A stretch of 64,000 nucleotides of DNA from positions 5,842 to 69,841 of the forward strand of contig JAEEWW010000001.1 of the NCBI GenBank assembly GCA_016287815.1, in the 5' to 3' direction. Of this stretch, positions 52,120-62,107 are shown one piece after another. The stretch is from Treponema sp. Its GTDB lineage: Bacteria; Spirochaetota; Spirochaetia; Treponematales; Treponemataceae. The translations under genes were made by a program, and so were the position numbers. Each line of letters opens with the position of its first letter. Position 1 is the stretch's first letter. Under the pieces are notes generated by a model. That model saw only the letters and a program-made list of their open reading frames with translations, searched no databases and had not been told where the DNA came from.

Positions 52120-52891
52120 TTTTATCTTGTGAATTTGAACTTTTGCATGCGAGCTCTGCCTTGGCTGTGTTTCCTGCTTTGCCAGAAAGCCCTGCGGCTT
52201 TTGTAAAAATCTTTTCTATGTATTGGGCTTCGCCTTCTGAAATTGCAGAGCGGGATAAAAGATTTTTCCAGAAATGTTCCATGTCTGGTCTGCCTGTAAT
52301 GCTGAAAAATCCGATTTTCTGAAGATTATCGGTAATAACCTGTACTGTTGAATTGATTCTTGAAAGGCTTACAGGCGTATACCCGTGTTTATCCCGGCTG
52401 TTTTCCCTAAAGCATTGGTAACACATAATCTGAACGGCATGCGAAAGGTTTAGCGATGGAAAAGCATCGCACGATGGAATTGTAACGCCGGCTGTACATT
52501 CATTTAATTCATCATCTGTAAGGCCTGTTCTTTCGTTGCCAAAAACAATGGCAATTTTTCCACTGCTGTCTGTAATCTGTGAAGCTCTTTGTGCAAATTC
52601 TTCAGGAAAGAAAAGTTTTCCCTTACGTTTTTTTCCGCGGCGTCTGGTTGTACCTGCGGCAAGTACGCAGTCTTCAGAAGCTTCTTTTACGGATTTATAA
52701 AATTTTGCATTTTCCCAGATGTCTGCGGCATGTATTGCAAGAATACGAACGCGTTCTTCATCATAATCTTCTTTATTGCCTACGATTCTAAGTTCATGTA
52801 TATCGTTATTCGCCATTGCCCTGCATGCAGCGCCTATATTACGGCTTTCTTCCGGATGTGAAAGGACAATACAGATATTATTCAAATTCAT
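52106..52891 (-). CDS. trmJ: TrmJ/LasT family RNA methyltransferase (SPOUT)
   Basis: NIGAACRAMAN, IVFGNERTGLTDDEL, PSLNLSHAVQI. Confidence 0.88.
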   Translation of the reverse strand: MNLNNICIVLSHPEESRNIGAACRAMANNDIHELRIVGNKEDYDEERVRILAIHAADIWENAKFYKSVKEASEDCVLAAGTTRRRGKKRKGKLFFPEEFAQRASQITDSSGKIAIVFGNERTGLTDDELNECTAGVTIPSCDAFPSLNLSHAVQIMCYQCFRENSRDKHGYTPVSLSRINSTVQVITDNLQKIGFFSITGRPDMEHFWKNLLSRSAISEGEAQYIEKIFTKAAGLSGKAGNTAKAELACKSSNSQDKTNQK

Positions 52892-52937
52892 GGTTCCAAG
52901 TATACTGTTTTTTCCATCATTACGCTATAATCTGTTT

Positions 52938-53708
52938 ATGGGCGTATTTTCAGGAAAAAAAGCTGTTGTTATTGGCGGTTCTGGTGGAATTGGCAGGGCA
53001 GTGTCAAAAAAACTTGCTCTTGCAGGAGCTTCTCTTACTGTTCACGGCGGGCATGATTCAAAAGATTTTGATTTTTTTATTGAAGAACTGAATTCAATTT
53101 CTAAAAAAAATAGCCCTGAATCAAAAGTTGAAAAAGCCGTATTTCAGTTAAATTTAAAAAATTACAGGGATATCTTTACTGTTCAGTTAAAAAAAATAGT
53201 AGAAAGTGCCGATATAGTATGTGTATGTTTCGGTCCGTTTATTCAAAAGAGTTTTGTTGAAACTTCCCTTGAAGATTGGGAAACAATGGCTTTGATGGAT
53301 TATGCATTACCAGGTTTCTGCATAAGTTCTGCATTGCCTTATATGATTAAAAAAAACTGGGGAAGGTTTCTGCTTTTTGGCGGAACAAGAACCTTTGGAA
53401 TTAACGGCTTTAAAACGAATCCGGCATACGGTGGAGCAAAGACAGGTGTTTGTTCGCTTGTCCGCTCTGTTGCAATGGAATATGCAGGATTTGGAATTAC
53501 ATGCAATGCAGTTCTTCCTGGTTTTACAGAAACAGAATATCTTTCTGAAAAAACAAAGGAAGTTTTACGAAAAAAGATGCCATCCGGTTCGTTGATTCCG
53601 CCTGAAACAATAGCCGATGGCGGAATGTATTTGTTACAGTCGCCTGAAATAAACGGAGTGTTACTTAATATCGACGGTGGTTGGGATGGAAGGGTACAAA
53701 GTTCTTAA
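52938..53708 (+). CDS. SDR family oxidoreductase
   Basis: VIGGSGGIG, YGGAK, GITCNAVLPG; start at ATG 52938. Confidence 0.88.
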   Translation: MGVFSGKKAVVIGGSGGIGRAVSKKLALAGASLTVHGGHDSKDFDFFIEELNSISKKNSPESKVEKAVFQLNLKNYRDIFTVQLKKIVESADIVCVCFGPFIQKSFVETSLEDWETMALMDYALPGFCISSALPYMIKKNWGRFLLFGGTRTFGINGFKTNPAYGGAKTGVCSLVRSVAMEYAGFGITCNAVLPGFTETEYLSEKTKEVLRKKMPSGSLIPPETIADGGMYLLQSPEINGVLLNIDGGWDGRVQSS

Positions 53709-53742
53709 AATTAAGGTTTTATTCAGCTTTTGTCCCAAATAT

Positions 53743-53771
53743 TTGACATATTGAATTTTTTTAGTTATCAT
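53743..53771 (+). promoter_or_regulatory. Promoter of the STAS gene
   Basis: TTGACA, 17 bp, TATCAT. Confidence 0.65.
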
Positions 53772-53828
53772 AAAATATAGTGTAGTTTATGATAAAAAAT
53801 TTATCTTAGAGGGCATAAGGTAGTAGTT

Positions 53829-54377
53829 ATGATAAATAATAATCTGGTTCCTGGGTTTAACGATGAAAGAGATGACAGCCTCAAGATTTCGTTGGAAAAA
53901 GTTGATGATGTAAAGAACTGTATGACCGTCTATTTGAACGGCTATATAGATACATATAACTCTACGTATTTCCAGAAAGCGATAGCTAAGGTTGTTGAAG
54001 CAGGATATATTAATTTGATTTTTAACTGTAGCTCATTAAACTATGTTTCTTCTACAGGTATTGGATCATTTACTGCCTTCCTGAAGCTTGTAAAACCAAG
54101 AGGAGGAGATATCGTTCTCCTTGAAATTCAGCCTAAGGTTTTTGAAGTATTCCAGTTATTGGGATTTTCTCAGTTCTTTAATATTAAGAGCTCTTTCTCT
54201 GAATCTCTTGAAATTTTCCAGTCTGGTTCAGAAAGTTCAAACAGTCTGTTCCCGATTATTTTTTCTTGTCCGGTTTGCTCAAAACGTCTTAAGGCAACAC
54301 ATTCAGGCCGCTTCCGCTGCTCAGAATGTAAGTCAATTTTAACTGTAGATGCTCAGGGACAGGTTTCTTTAGGTTAA
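53829..54377 (+). CDS. Anti-sigma-factor antagonist (STAS) with C-terminal zinc ribbon
   Basis: NYVSSTGIG, VFQLLG; C-terminal CPVC...CSEC. Confidence 0.9.
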   Translation: MINNNLVPGFNDERDDSLKISLEKVDDVKNCMTVYLNGYIDTYNSTYFQKAIAKVVEAGYINLIFNCSSLNYVSSTGIGSFTAFLKLVKPRGGDIVLLEIQPKVFEVFQLLGFSQFFNIKSSFSESLEIFQSGSESSNSLFPIIFSCPVCSKRLKATHSGRFRCSECKSILTVDAQGQVSLG

Positions 54378-54409
54378 GCTGATTTCTAGCGAATTGATTT
54401 TATTATAGA

Positions 54410-54453
54410 AAGGCTGTTTGGTTTGTTCGGCAAACTGAACAGCTTTTTTTTTT
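54410..54453 (+). terminator. Terminator after the STAS gene
   Basis: AGGCTGTTT-GGTTTG/CAAACT-GAACAGCTT stem plus long T-run. Confidence 0.75.
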
Positions 54454-54509
54454 AGAAAAGAGCCGAAATCCTGTGCAACTTTGCGTAAAGCGATGTTTCT
54501 TTAGTTTGA

Positions 54510-54753
54510 AGGGGATAACTTGTGGAAAACTCTCCTTTAACCAACCTTAAAACAGCTGAAAAATAAATAATATTCATTTTCTAGTAAAAAAAGATAAATT
54601 TTTTGAGTCTGTATTTATTTAATTCTTTGTAGTATAATGAAATAAAATAGTAAAAACCTAATTCGTTATATTATCGTAAATTAAGGAATGTTTTTTAATA
54701 ATGGAGATTTTGACATTATTTTTGTGGATAACTTGTGACTAAGTTTTGGAAAA
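54510..54753 (-). promoter_or_regulatory. Cluster of DnaA-box-like 9-mers
   Basis: TGTGGATAA (54723) and TGTGGAAAA (54521) match TTWTNCACA exactly; neighbours at 54510, 54734 and 54745 have 1-2 mismatches and an 11-bp period. Confidence 0.65.
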
Positions 54754-54852
54754 AAGGGCAAAATCCTATATTTATTGTTTATAGAATAAGAAAATAGCTT
54801 ACATGTTCAATATTTGTTGTTTTTAGCAAAATTTCATGGTATCCTATTATAG

Positions 54853-55788
54853 ATGAAACAGATTCTTAGATTATTTGCAGCCTTTTTTCTAATCTGCATA
54901 ACAGGAACATTTTGCGGCGCTTTTCTGTTTATTCTGTACGTGCAATCTATCGGATATGTTGCCGGTACTGCTGTTGTTCCTTTTTCTTTAACGCTGCTTG
55001 AACTTGGATTTCTAAAATCTGTACCTGTGGCACTTATGCTGTCGCCACTATTTTTAATTCTCTATGAAATTCGTCATCCTTCTAAAATAACTGGTGCGGC
55101 TTCGTTTTTTACGATTCAGGTAATTGTATGGCTGTTTTTATTTCCGCTTTCCGCAAAAGTTCTTGCAGTTGAGACTTCTTTGGCGTTTTCTAAGAACATG
55201 GTTTCAACAGGGTATTTCAGGCAATACGGAAATTACCTTTATTATTATTCACGCATTGAGCCGAACCAAACCCGTTCATACGAAGTTGGTTCCGGCCTGA
55301 AATATAAGTTAAATGAACTTTCTGTTACTCAGGTAAAAAAGCCGGAACTTATTGTAAAAGAAGGGTTACGGAAAACCCCGTCAAATTTTTCTGACAGTCT
55401 GGCAGAAGAAATTCTTGCAACTCCGTTCCTTATAAAAAAAATACAGAACTTTTTGCTTATTCCTATGCATGTTTCTAAAAATCTTGATACATGGCTTGAT
55501 TATCTGATTGTGGTTTCCATGGGATTTGCTCTTATGATGCTTTATACGGTAAAAAAAATGTTTTCATGGAAACTTGTGGATACTCTTGTCATAATAATCT
55601 GTTCTGCGGGAATTCTTGCAATTAATTCAATGTACTATACCCGGTCAGCTTTTATTGTCGATTTTTCGTCCAGAGTACAGGGATTTTTGCCGTTCAGTAT
55701 TCCGCTTGTTTTCTGTGTAAATCTTGCGCTGTTTTTTATTTTGCTGGTTATCGGAATAATTATGCTGTTCAAGCATAAGGGTGAATAA
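54853..55788 (+). CDS. Hypothetical integral membrane protein (3 TM + soluble domain + 3 TM)
   Basis: Hydrophobicity pattern of the translated ORF. Confidence 0.8.
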   Translation: MKQILRLFAAFFLICITGTFCGAFLFILYVQSIGYVAGTAVVPFSLTLLELGFLKSVPVALMLSPLFLILYEIRHPSKITGAASFFTIQVIVWLFLFPLSAKVLAVETSLAFSKNMVSTGYFRQYGNYLYYYSRIEPNQTRSYEVGSGLKYKLNELSVTQVKKPELIVKEGLRKTPSNFSDSLAEEILATPFLIKKIQNFLLIPMHVSKNLDTWLDYLIVVSMGFALMMLYTVKKMFSWKLVDTLVIIICSAGILAINSMYYTRSAFIVDFSSRVQGFLPFSIPLVFCVNLALFFILLVIGIIMLFKHKGE

Positions 55789-57664
55789 AATGAAACGAGG
55801 AAAAATTGTTACGCTTATATGTGTTGTTCTTCTTGGAATCGCCTGTTTCTGCTGGAGTTCGTTTTACGGAAACCTGCCGGTGCTTTTGCCGCACAGCGTA
55901 AGTTATTATAAATTCCTTAGAGCAGTAAAAACATTTTTAATTCTTTTGCCGGCTGTTTTGTGTACGGCTTTCTTAGTTGATTTTTCCATATATTTTGGAA
56001 GAAATCCGGGCGAAACTTTACAGCGTTTTTCTTCAGAAATGATGAGCAAATATAAAATTGTAATTTTTGTTTCGCTCATTTATGTTTTTTTGCTTTCTAT
56101 GGCAAGTCTTGTTTTTCTGCCTCACGTAAGTAAAACAATTTCTTATGTGGAACGGCAGCCAGATCTTTTTTCTTTGTATTACGAGCTTGGCCTGAAAAAT
56201 AAAGAAGAAGGAAACGATGATATTGCCTACAGGTACATGTATCTGGCCGCGCAAATCAATCCCTATGATTCTGAAATTCAGGCACTTAAAACAAAATATG
56301 AAATTGAATCAGAGCACATTGTAAAAGTTGAAAAAAACGAAAACTTTTTACAGGTTGAAAAGAATATTCCTAAAGATGAAGAAATCCCGGTTCATACAAA
56401 CTGTTACGATTTAGTCTGCAAGGCAAGAAAGGCGTTTGAAGAAGAAAAATGGCTGGATGCACATTATTTTGCAAGAATGGCTATAAGGGTTTCTGAGCCA
56501 AAAGATATAAGCGTAACCGACGCAGAAAAGATTTCTTTTGAAGCCTGGAAAAAACTTTCTGAAGTTGAAAATACGGGAGACAAAGAACTTGCCGCCTTAT
56601 TCAGCAGAAAAATGGAAGGCTACAATGCGCTTATCAGGGGAGATTATCTTGAATCGTATTATATTTTTAATGAATTACAAAGACAAAACCGTACGCCAGA
56701 TCCTGATGTAGAACGATATTTTGCCCTTGCCAAGAATAATCTTGAAGGTCAGTATTTTTTTAACGATGAATATAAGGATTTACAGAAATACGAATCTGTT
56801 TCTAATCTTCATTTTGCAATAAAACATGCGGATAAATCTTCTGAAGTTTATTTTGCGCGCGGAGTTACAAGCCTAAAAAAACAGGGAAACCTTGTACGCT
56901 TTTTAAGGGATTTTTCCATTACGTATTTTGATGAAAAAGGTCAGTTTGTAAAAATGATTTCCGCCCCTTATGCAAAAATGTTTTCGGTGCCTGTAAATCT
57001 TATTTCACTGGAACAGAAATTAAAATTCCGCTTAATTGAAATGAAAGAATTGGTTTCAGCTGATGAGAATTCTTCTAAAAAGCAAAAAACAACTTTTGTT
57101 CCGTACATTCTGCTTTCTTCCGTAAACCGCGAATTTAACACTGGCATTGCAGAACCGGAATATGATTATGCTTCTGTGAACAGGGATGTACAGAAGGAAA
57201 AACAGGAAGAAAGTAACTATGTTTTTGTTCCTATGGATTTTTCAGACTTTGACAGCATTGCAGAAGCTTCCGGCGGCTCTGAAAACATGGATTTGTTCTC
57301 TTTGCTTTCGTTTGTAAACATTGCTTCAAAATACGGCTATTCTACGGAAGTGTTTAATATAATCCTTCAGGAAAAACTGCTGTATCCTTTATCTCTTATG
57401 CTGCTGCTTCTTCTGTTTGCAAATATGGCCTGGAATTATAGAATCGGCGAAGAAACAATCTTTAAGTTCAAATGGGTATTTCTTATGCCGTTCTTTGTGG
57501 TGGTTGTTTATTTTTTCATGCAGACAGGATTTTATATCTTGCGTCTGATTTATCTTGTCGTTACATATGCTGGCGGTGCACAAAATGCCTTGTTCCTTGC
57601 GGTTATTTTGAAACTCATAATCTTTATCGGGTTGTCCGTAATGTTCATTGCAAGAAAGTATTAG
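55781..57664 (+). CDS. Hypothetical integral membrane protein with large soluble helical domain
   Basis: About 3 N-terminal and 3 C-terminal TM segments; start GTG 55781 or ATG 55790. Confidence 0.8.
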   Translation: MNKMKRGKIVTLICVVLLGIACFCWSSFYGNLPVLLPHSVSYYKFLRAVKTFLILLPAVLCTAFLVDFSIYFGRNPGETLQRFSSEMMSKYKIVIFVSLIYVFLLSMASLVFLPHVSKTISYVERQPDLFSLYYELGLKNKEEGNDDIAYRYMYLAAQINPYDSEIQALKTKYEIESEHIVKVEKNENFLQVEKNIPKDEEIPVHTNCYDLVCKARKAFEEEKWLDAHYFARMAIRVSEPKDISVTDAEKISFEAWKKLSEVENTGDKELAALFSRKMEGYNALIRGDYLESYYIFNELQRQNRTPDPDVERYFALAKNNLEGQYFFNDEYKDLQKYESVSNLHFAIKHADKSSEVYFARGVTSLKKQGNLVRFLRDFSITYFDEKGQFVKMISAPYAKMFSVPVNLISLEQKLKFRLIEMKELVSADENSSKKQKTTFVPYILLSSVNREFNTGIAEPEYDYASVNRDVQKEKQEESNYVFVPMDFSDFDSIAEASGGSENMDLFSLLSFVNIASKYGYSTEVFNIILQEKLLYPLSLMLLLLLFANMAWNYRIGEETIFKFKWVFLMPFFVVVVYFFMQTGFYILRLIYLVVTYAGGAQNALFLAVILKLIIFIGLSVMFIARKY

Positions 57665-57740
57665 CTGAATTAGTTGCCGGCGGTGGTGCCGGTCGAATAA
57701 AGACAGAATATATTTAAAATTAAAAAATTGGCTTAGGCTT

Positions 57741-58541
57741 ATGAAAAACTTATTCTTCAGACAGATTTACGCTTTTTGCAAAAGCCATTGGTGCTTTTTA
57801 TTATGCGCAGCACTGGGACTTTGTGCAGGATTATTTGGTTTTGTTATGGGAATAATAATCGGAATAATCCTTGAAAAAATCAAAATCCGCTATCTTGAAG
57901 AAAAAAGACTGATAAAAGCACTGGAAGACGGACGGTATGAAAAAATCTGGGGCGAGCCTTTCCCAGGTGCGCTTTATGTAAGTGCCCTGGCTTTTCTGTG
58001 CCTTAAAGATATAGAATGTGCCGTTTTTCAGCTTAAAACGATTTTTGCTTCATATGGCAACTATAACACATGGAATTTGTATTGCAGATGCGCTTCCATG
58101 AGCCCGGCATTGAATGAAGATTTACTGGTTGAATGTCTTTCTTCTGTAATAAGGGGAAAGAACGCCTCTGCAACAGAAAAAAATGATTTTTCAGATGAAT
58201 ATAAAAGCAGTTCACAAGTGCCTGTGCAGGATATTTTCAGGCTTTTAAGTTCTGTAGAATTCATGTGGGATGAAAAAACGCGCGGGCAAAAACCTTCTGC
58301 TTATCTTGCAGAACTGCTAAATTATAAATACATAAGTGATGAACTTGCTGATGCTTACAGAGTCCTTGGTTTAAAACCTGGCGACAGTATGGAAAAAGTA
58401 AAAAGCGCACATAGAAAGCTCGCTGCAAAGTTTCATCCGGATGTTAGCGACGCATTTGCCGCACCTGATAAAAAAAACAGCCTGTCATCTTTTTTAAGAA
58501 TTCAGGCTGCCTATGAAACTATTGTACGTCAACTTTCTTGA
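57741..58541 (+). CDS. Membrane-anchored J-domain protein (DjlA-like)
   Basis: N-terminal TM; C-terminal AYRVLGL...KLAAKFHPD...IQAAYE. Confidence 0.85.
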   Translation: MKNLFFRQIYAFCKSHWCFLLCAALGLCAGLFGFVMGIIIGIILEKIKIRYLEEKRLIKALEDGRYEKIWGEPFPGALYVSALAFLCLKDIECAVFQLKTIFASYGNYNTWNLYCRCASMSPALNEDLLVECLSSVIRGKNASATEKNDFSDEYKSSSQVPVQDIFRLLSSVEFMWDEKTRGQKPSAYLAELLNYKYISDELADAYRVLGLKPGDSMEKVKSAHRKLAAKFHPDVSDAFAAPDKKNSLSSFLRIQAAYETIVRQLS

Positions 58542-59802
58542 TGTGTGCACCAAGCCCCTGCAGGCGTTCTACAAGATTTTCGTAACCGCGCTCAATCTGG
58601 TAAACATTGCTTATTACGCTTTCTCCGCGCGCAACCATTGCCGCTATTACCATGGCCATACCGGCGCGCACATCAGGGGATACAAGATTATCGCGATGCA
58701 ATGTAGAAGGACCTGAAACAACAGCACGATGAGGATCACACAAAGTAATGCGCGCGCCCATACTGATAAGCTTGTCAACAAAGAACATGCGCGATTCAAA
58801 CATCTTTTCAAAAATAAGAACTGTACCTTCTACCTGGGTAGCAACTACGGTCATTATGCTTGTAAGATCCGGCGGAAAACCAGGCCATGGAGAATCGTCT
58901 ATTTTAGGAATCATTCCACCTAAATCTGTATTGATTTTCATTTCCTGTTCGAGCGGTACGGTAAGGTTGTTACCTTCAATGGTCCAGCGAATGCCTAGTT
59001 TGCTGAAAGCTACGCGCATCGGCCGCAGATCCGGAGGATTAATGTCTGTAATTGTTATAGAACCTTTTGTAGCCGCCGCAAGCCCGATAAACGAGCCAAT
59101 TTCCATAAAGTCAGGACCGATTTTAAAATCTGTTCCGTGAAGTTTTTTTACGCCTTCGATGCTAAGAATGTTACTGCCAATACCTGAGATTTTAGCACCC
59201 ATCTGAGTTAATAAGCGGCATAAATCCTGAACATGCGGTTCGCTTGCGGCGTTGTTAATTATTGTTTTGCCTTCTGCAATAACCGCCGCCATTACGGCGT
59301 TTTCTGTTGCCGTTACCGAGGTTTCATCAAGAAAGATATCTGCACCGACAAGTTTGTTTGCTGTAAACTCAAAAGCACCTGTTGTATTTACGTTTGCGCC
59401 TAATTCAGTTAATGCAAGAAAGTGTGTGTCCAGCCTTCTGCGGCCGATAACATCGCCTCCAGGCGGCGGCATTATTACTTTACCCGTCCTTGCCAGAAGA
59501 GGACCTGCAAAAAGAATTGAAGCCCTTATTTTTTTTGAAAGTTCTCTTGGAATAGTGCTTGTGTTCACATTTTCTGCACAAATTTTCCAGACATTTGGCT
59601 CCGGATTTTCAACCTTTGCGCCTAATGCTTTTAAAACTTCAATCATTACACCGGTGTCTTCAATCTTAGGAATATTCCTTAAAGTTACACATTCATCTGT
59701 CAGCAAAGTTGCTGCAAGGCAAGGTAATGCTGCGTTTTTATTTCCGCTGGCTTTTATTGTTCCTTTTACCGGGAACCCGCCTTCAATATGATATTCGTAC
59801 AT
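58519..59802 (-). CDS. murA: UDP-N-acetylglucosamine 1-carboxyvinyltransferase
   Basis: SGNKNAALP, RASIL, WPGFPPDL, FESR, DVRAG, RGYE. Confidence 0.96.
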   Translation of the reverse strand: MYEYHIEGGFPVKGTIKASGNKNAALPCLAATLLTDECVTLRNIPKIEDTGVMIEVLKALGAKVENPEPNVWKICAENVNTSTIPRELSKKIRASILFAGPLLARTGKVIMPPPGGDVIGRRRLDTHFLALTELGANVNTTGAFEFTANKLVGADIFLDETSVTATENAVMAAVIAEGKTIINNAASEPHVQDLCRLLTQMGAKISGIGSNILSIEGVKKLHGTDFKIGPDFMEIGSFIGLAAATKGSITITDINPPDLRPMRVAFSKLGIRWTIEGNNLTVPLEQEMKINTDLGGMIPKIDDSPWPGFPPDLTSIMTVVATQVEGTVLIFEKMFESRMFFVDKLISMGARITLCDPHRAVVSGPSTLHRDNLVSPDVRAGMAMVIAAMVARGESVISNVYQIERGYENLVERLQGLGAHIKKVDVQ

Positions 59803-61064
59803 TATTTGCCTCCTATAATTTCTGCCAGGTTAATTAGAATATCGGCAGCTGAGGCCATTTGCGTTAAGGAAGCCCATTCACTTCTTGAATGATAGTTATG
59901 TCCGCCCGTAAAAATATTCGGAGTTGGAATGCCCATTTCTGTAAGGCGCGAACCATCTGTTCCTCCGCGGATAGGGATGTTTACAGGCGTTATATCAGAC
60001 AGCTTATATGCAGTAAATAAATCTTCAACAACTTCCGGATGTTCGTTAAGTTTTTCTTTCATGTTCAAATACTGCTGTGTGTGTACAACTTCTACTTTGC
60101 CGCCAAAAGAGTCTGCCGTAACTTTAGCAAGTGAAGTAATAAACTTTTTCCGTTTTTCCATTCCGTCCAGAGTGAAATCGCGCAGTAAAAGCATTATATG
60201 CGATTTTTCGATTGAACAGTCCATTTCCAGCGGAGCGTAAAAGCCCTGTACATTATCTGTTGTTTCCGGGGCTTCGTGGCGCGGAAGGTTTGCAACAAAA
60301 GAGGCCGCCATTGTTACTGCATTTACAAGTCCTCCTTCACGTGCAGAACCCGTATGCACGGAATGTCCCGTAAAAGTAATGTCTGATTTCCAGGCATTAA
60401 AACATTCATCTTCAAGCTCGCCTATATGGCCGCCGTCAACAGTGTAAGCCCGTTTTGAAGAAAGAAGATTTAAAGGAACGTTGTCCATACCGTGTCCGGT
60501 TTCTTCATCTGGTGAAAAGATAACTTCTATTTTGCCGTGCTTGATTTCTGAATGTGCCTTTAAATAAGCAAGGCAGGTCATAATTTCTGCAATACCTGCT
60601 TTGTCATCTGCGCCAAGTAACGTTGTTCCGTCAGTTGTAATTATCGTATCTTTTTCCTGTGCAGCCTGAAGCAGCGCTGCATCTTTTGCAGGATCAAGAG
60701 TTACGCCGCACTTTAATTCTAATATTCTACCGTCGTAGTTTTTTATTATCTGAGGTTTTACATCTTTACCGGTAACTTCACCTGCCGTATCCATGTGGGC
60801 AATAAGGCAGTAAGGCGGAACTTTTTCTAAGCCAGCAGATGCAGGCAAAGCGCCGTAAACATAGCAGTGTTCTGTAATCTGAATGCCGGTAAGTCCTAAT
60901 GCTTTCAGCTCTTCTGCAAGAATATTTGCAAGGTCATATTCTCGTTCTTCGGAAGGCTGAATGCCTTTATCTGCTTTTTCTGAATTGCTTGTCGTATAGA
61001 TTTTTACATATCTTAAAAACCTTTCAAGCAGTTCATTCTGTTCTTTTTGTGTAATATATTTCAT
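59802..61064 (-). CDS. pepT: Peptidase T
   Basis: FLRYVKI, AHMDT, LGADDKAG, PDEE, IRGGTDG, GGHNYH. Confidence 0.95.
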   Translation of the reverse strand: MKYITQKEQNELLERFLRYVKIYTTSNSEKADKGIQPSEEREYDLANILAEELKALGLTGIQITEHCYVYGALPASAGLEKVPPYCLIAHMDTAGEVTGKDVKPQIIKNYDGRILELKCGVTLDPAKDAALLQAAQEKDTIITTDGTTLLGADDKAGIAEIMTCLAYLKAHSEIKHGKIEVIFSPDEETGHGMDNVPLNLLSSKRAYTVDGGHIGELEDECFNAWKSDITFTGHSVHTGSAREGGLVNAVTMAASFVANLPRHEAPETTDNVQGFYAPLEMDCSIEKSHIMLLLRDFTLDGMEKRKKFITSLAKVTADSFGGKVEVVHTQQYLNMKEKLNEHPEVVEDLFTAYKLSDITPVNIPIRGGTDGSRLTEMGIPTPNIFTGGHNYHSRSEWASLTQMASAADILINLAEIIGGK

Positions 61065-61065
61065 T

Positions 61066-61998
61066 TTACTGATCCAGTAGTTTTTTTAGTACGACATCTT
61101 TCTGCCGCCAGTTCTTGTCAACTTTAACCTGAAGGTCCAGGTCAATGCGGTAGTCAAAAATTTTGCGCAGTGCTTTTATAGATTCAATTCTGATTGTCTT
61201 AATCATAGAAGCACCTTTCCCTATTACAATGCCTTTCTGACTTTCCCTTTCAACGCATAAGAATGCGCGAACCCAAAGTTCCTTTCCGTTTTTGCGCATT
61301 TCTGTATCTGCAATTTTAACGTAAACTGCATGCGGAATTTCCTGTTCAAGGCGGTTTATTGCCTGTCCTCGTATAACTTCTGCAATACGGAATTCAACTT
61401 CCTGATCTGTGTAAAACTCTTCAGAATAAAGATGAGGAGCAACCGGAGCCAAGGCATACAAAGCTTTTAACACTTCGTTTATGCCCTTATCTTCCTTGGC
61501 TGAAATTTCAAAAATCCGTTCAGAAGGAATTTCAGGCAGGGCATCTGATATAAACTTATGTACTGCAGCCAAAGGCTTTTCTTTTGCCTCGTCAATTTTG
61601 TTTATTGCAACTACAGTTTTATCAGCATGGGCTTTTACAAGATTTGCCGTAAGCTGTTCTTCGCTGCCGGTTTCGCGTGTTGAATCGATTATATAAAGAA
61701 TACATTCAGCTTCTTCAAGCTGTTCTTCAGTTATGCTCTTTAGTTTAAGATTGAGTTTTTTATCAGATTCGTGATAACCGGGAGTATCTATAAAAACAAG
61801 CTGTCCAAGTGATGTGTTTACTATGCCGCGGATTGCATTGCGTGTTGTCTGCGGGATTGGAGAAACAATAGAAACAGGTTCTCCGCTTGCAGTATTTAAA
61901 AATGTTGATTTACCTGCGGAAGGTCTTCCAACTATTGCTACTATAGCGGTTTTGTCGCCTACAGGTTCTTGTGCCTGGTTTGAATTTTCTTTATCCAT
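61066..61998 (-). CDS. era: GTPase Era
   Basis: GRPSAGKST, QTTRNAI, DTPG, NKID, KH domain with SQKGIVIGKG. Confidence 0.97.
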   Translation of the reverse strand: MDKENSNQAQEPVGDKTAIVAIVGRPSAGKSTFLNTASGEPVSIVSPIPQTTRNAIRGIVNTSLGQLVFIDTPGYHESDKKLNLKLKSITEEQLEEAECILYIIDSTRETGSEEQLTANLVKAHADKTVVAINKIDEAKEKPLAAVHKFISDALPEIPSERIFEISAKEDKGINEVLKALYALAPVAPHLYSEEFYTDQEVEFRIAEVIRGQAINRLEQEIPHAVYVKIADTEMRKNGKELWVRAFLCVERESQKGIVIGKGASMIKTIRIESIKALRKIFDYRIDLDLQVKVDKNWRQKDVVLKKLLDQ

Positions 61999-62059
61999 GT
62001 AAGTGAATATATAACAGATTATGTGTTTTGTCAGTTAGGAAAATAAGGTGTTTTATACG

Positions 62060-62107
62060 AAAAAAAAACAGCTCTGTTTGTTTTTCAGTCCCTAACAAAC
62101 AGAGCTG
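62060..62107 (-). terminator. Strong intrinsic terminator (minus polarity) upstream of the era promoter
   Basis: 14-bp perfect stem CAGCTCTGTTTGTT/AACAAACAGAGCTG with an A9 run on its left (U9 on minus). Confidence 0.7.

Noticed and set aside
54400-54850. Confident oriC call
   Set aside because: No dnaA, dnaN or gidA nearby, no clear DnaA-trio array, and orientation conflicts with the ribosomal operons; kept only as a DnaA-box cluster
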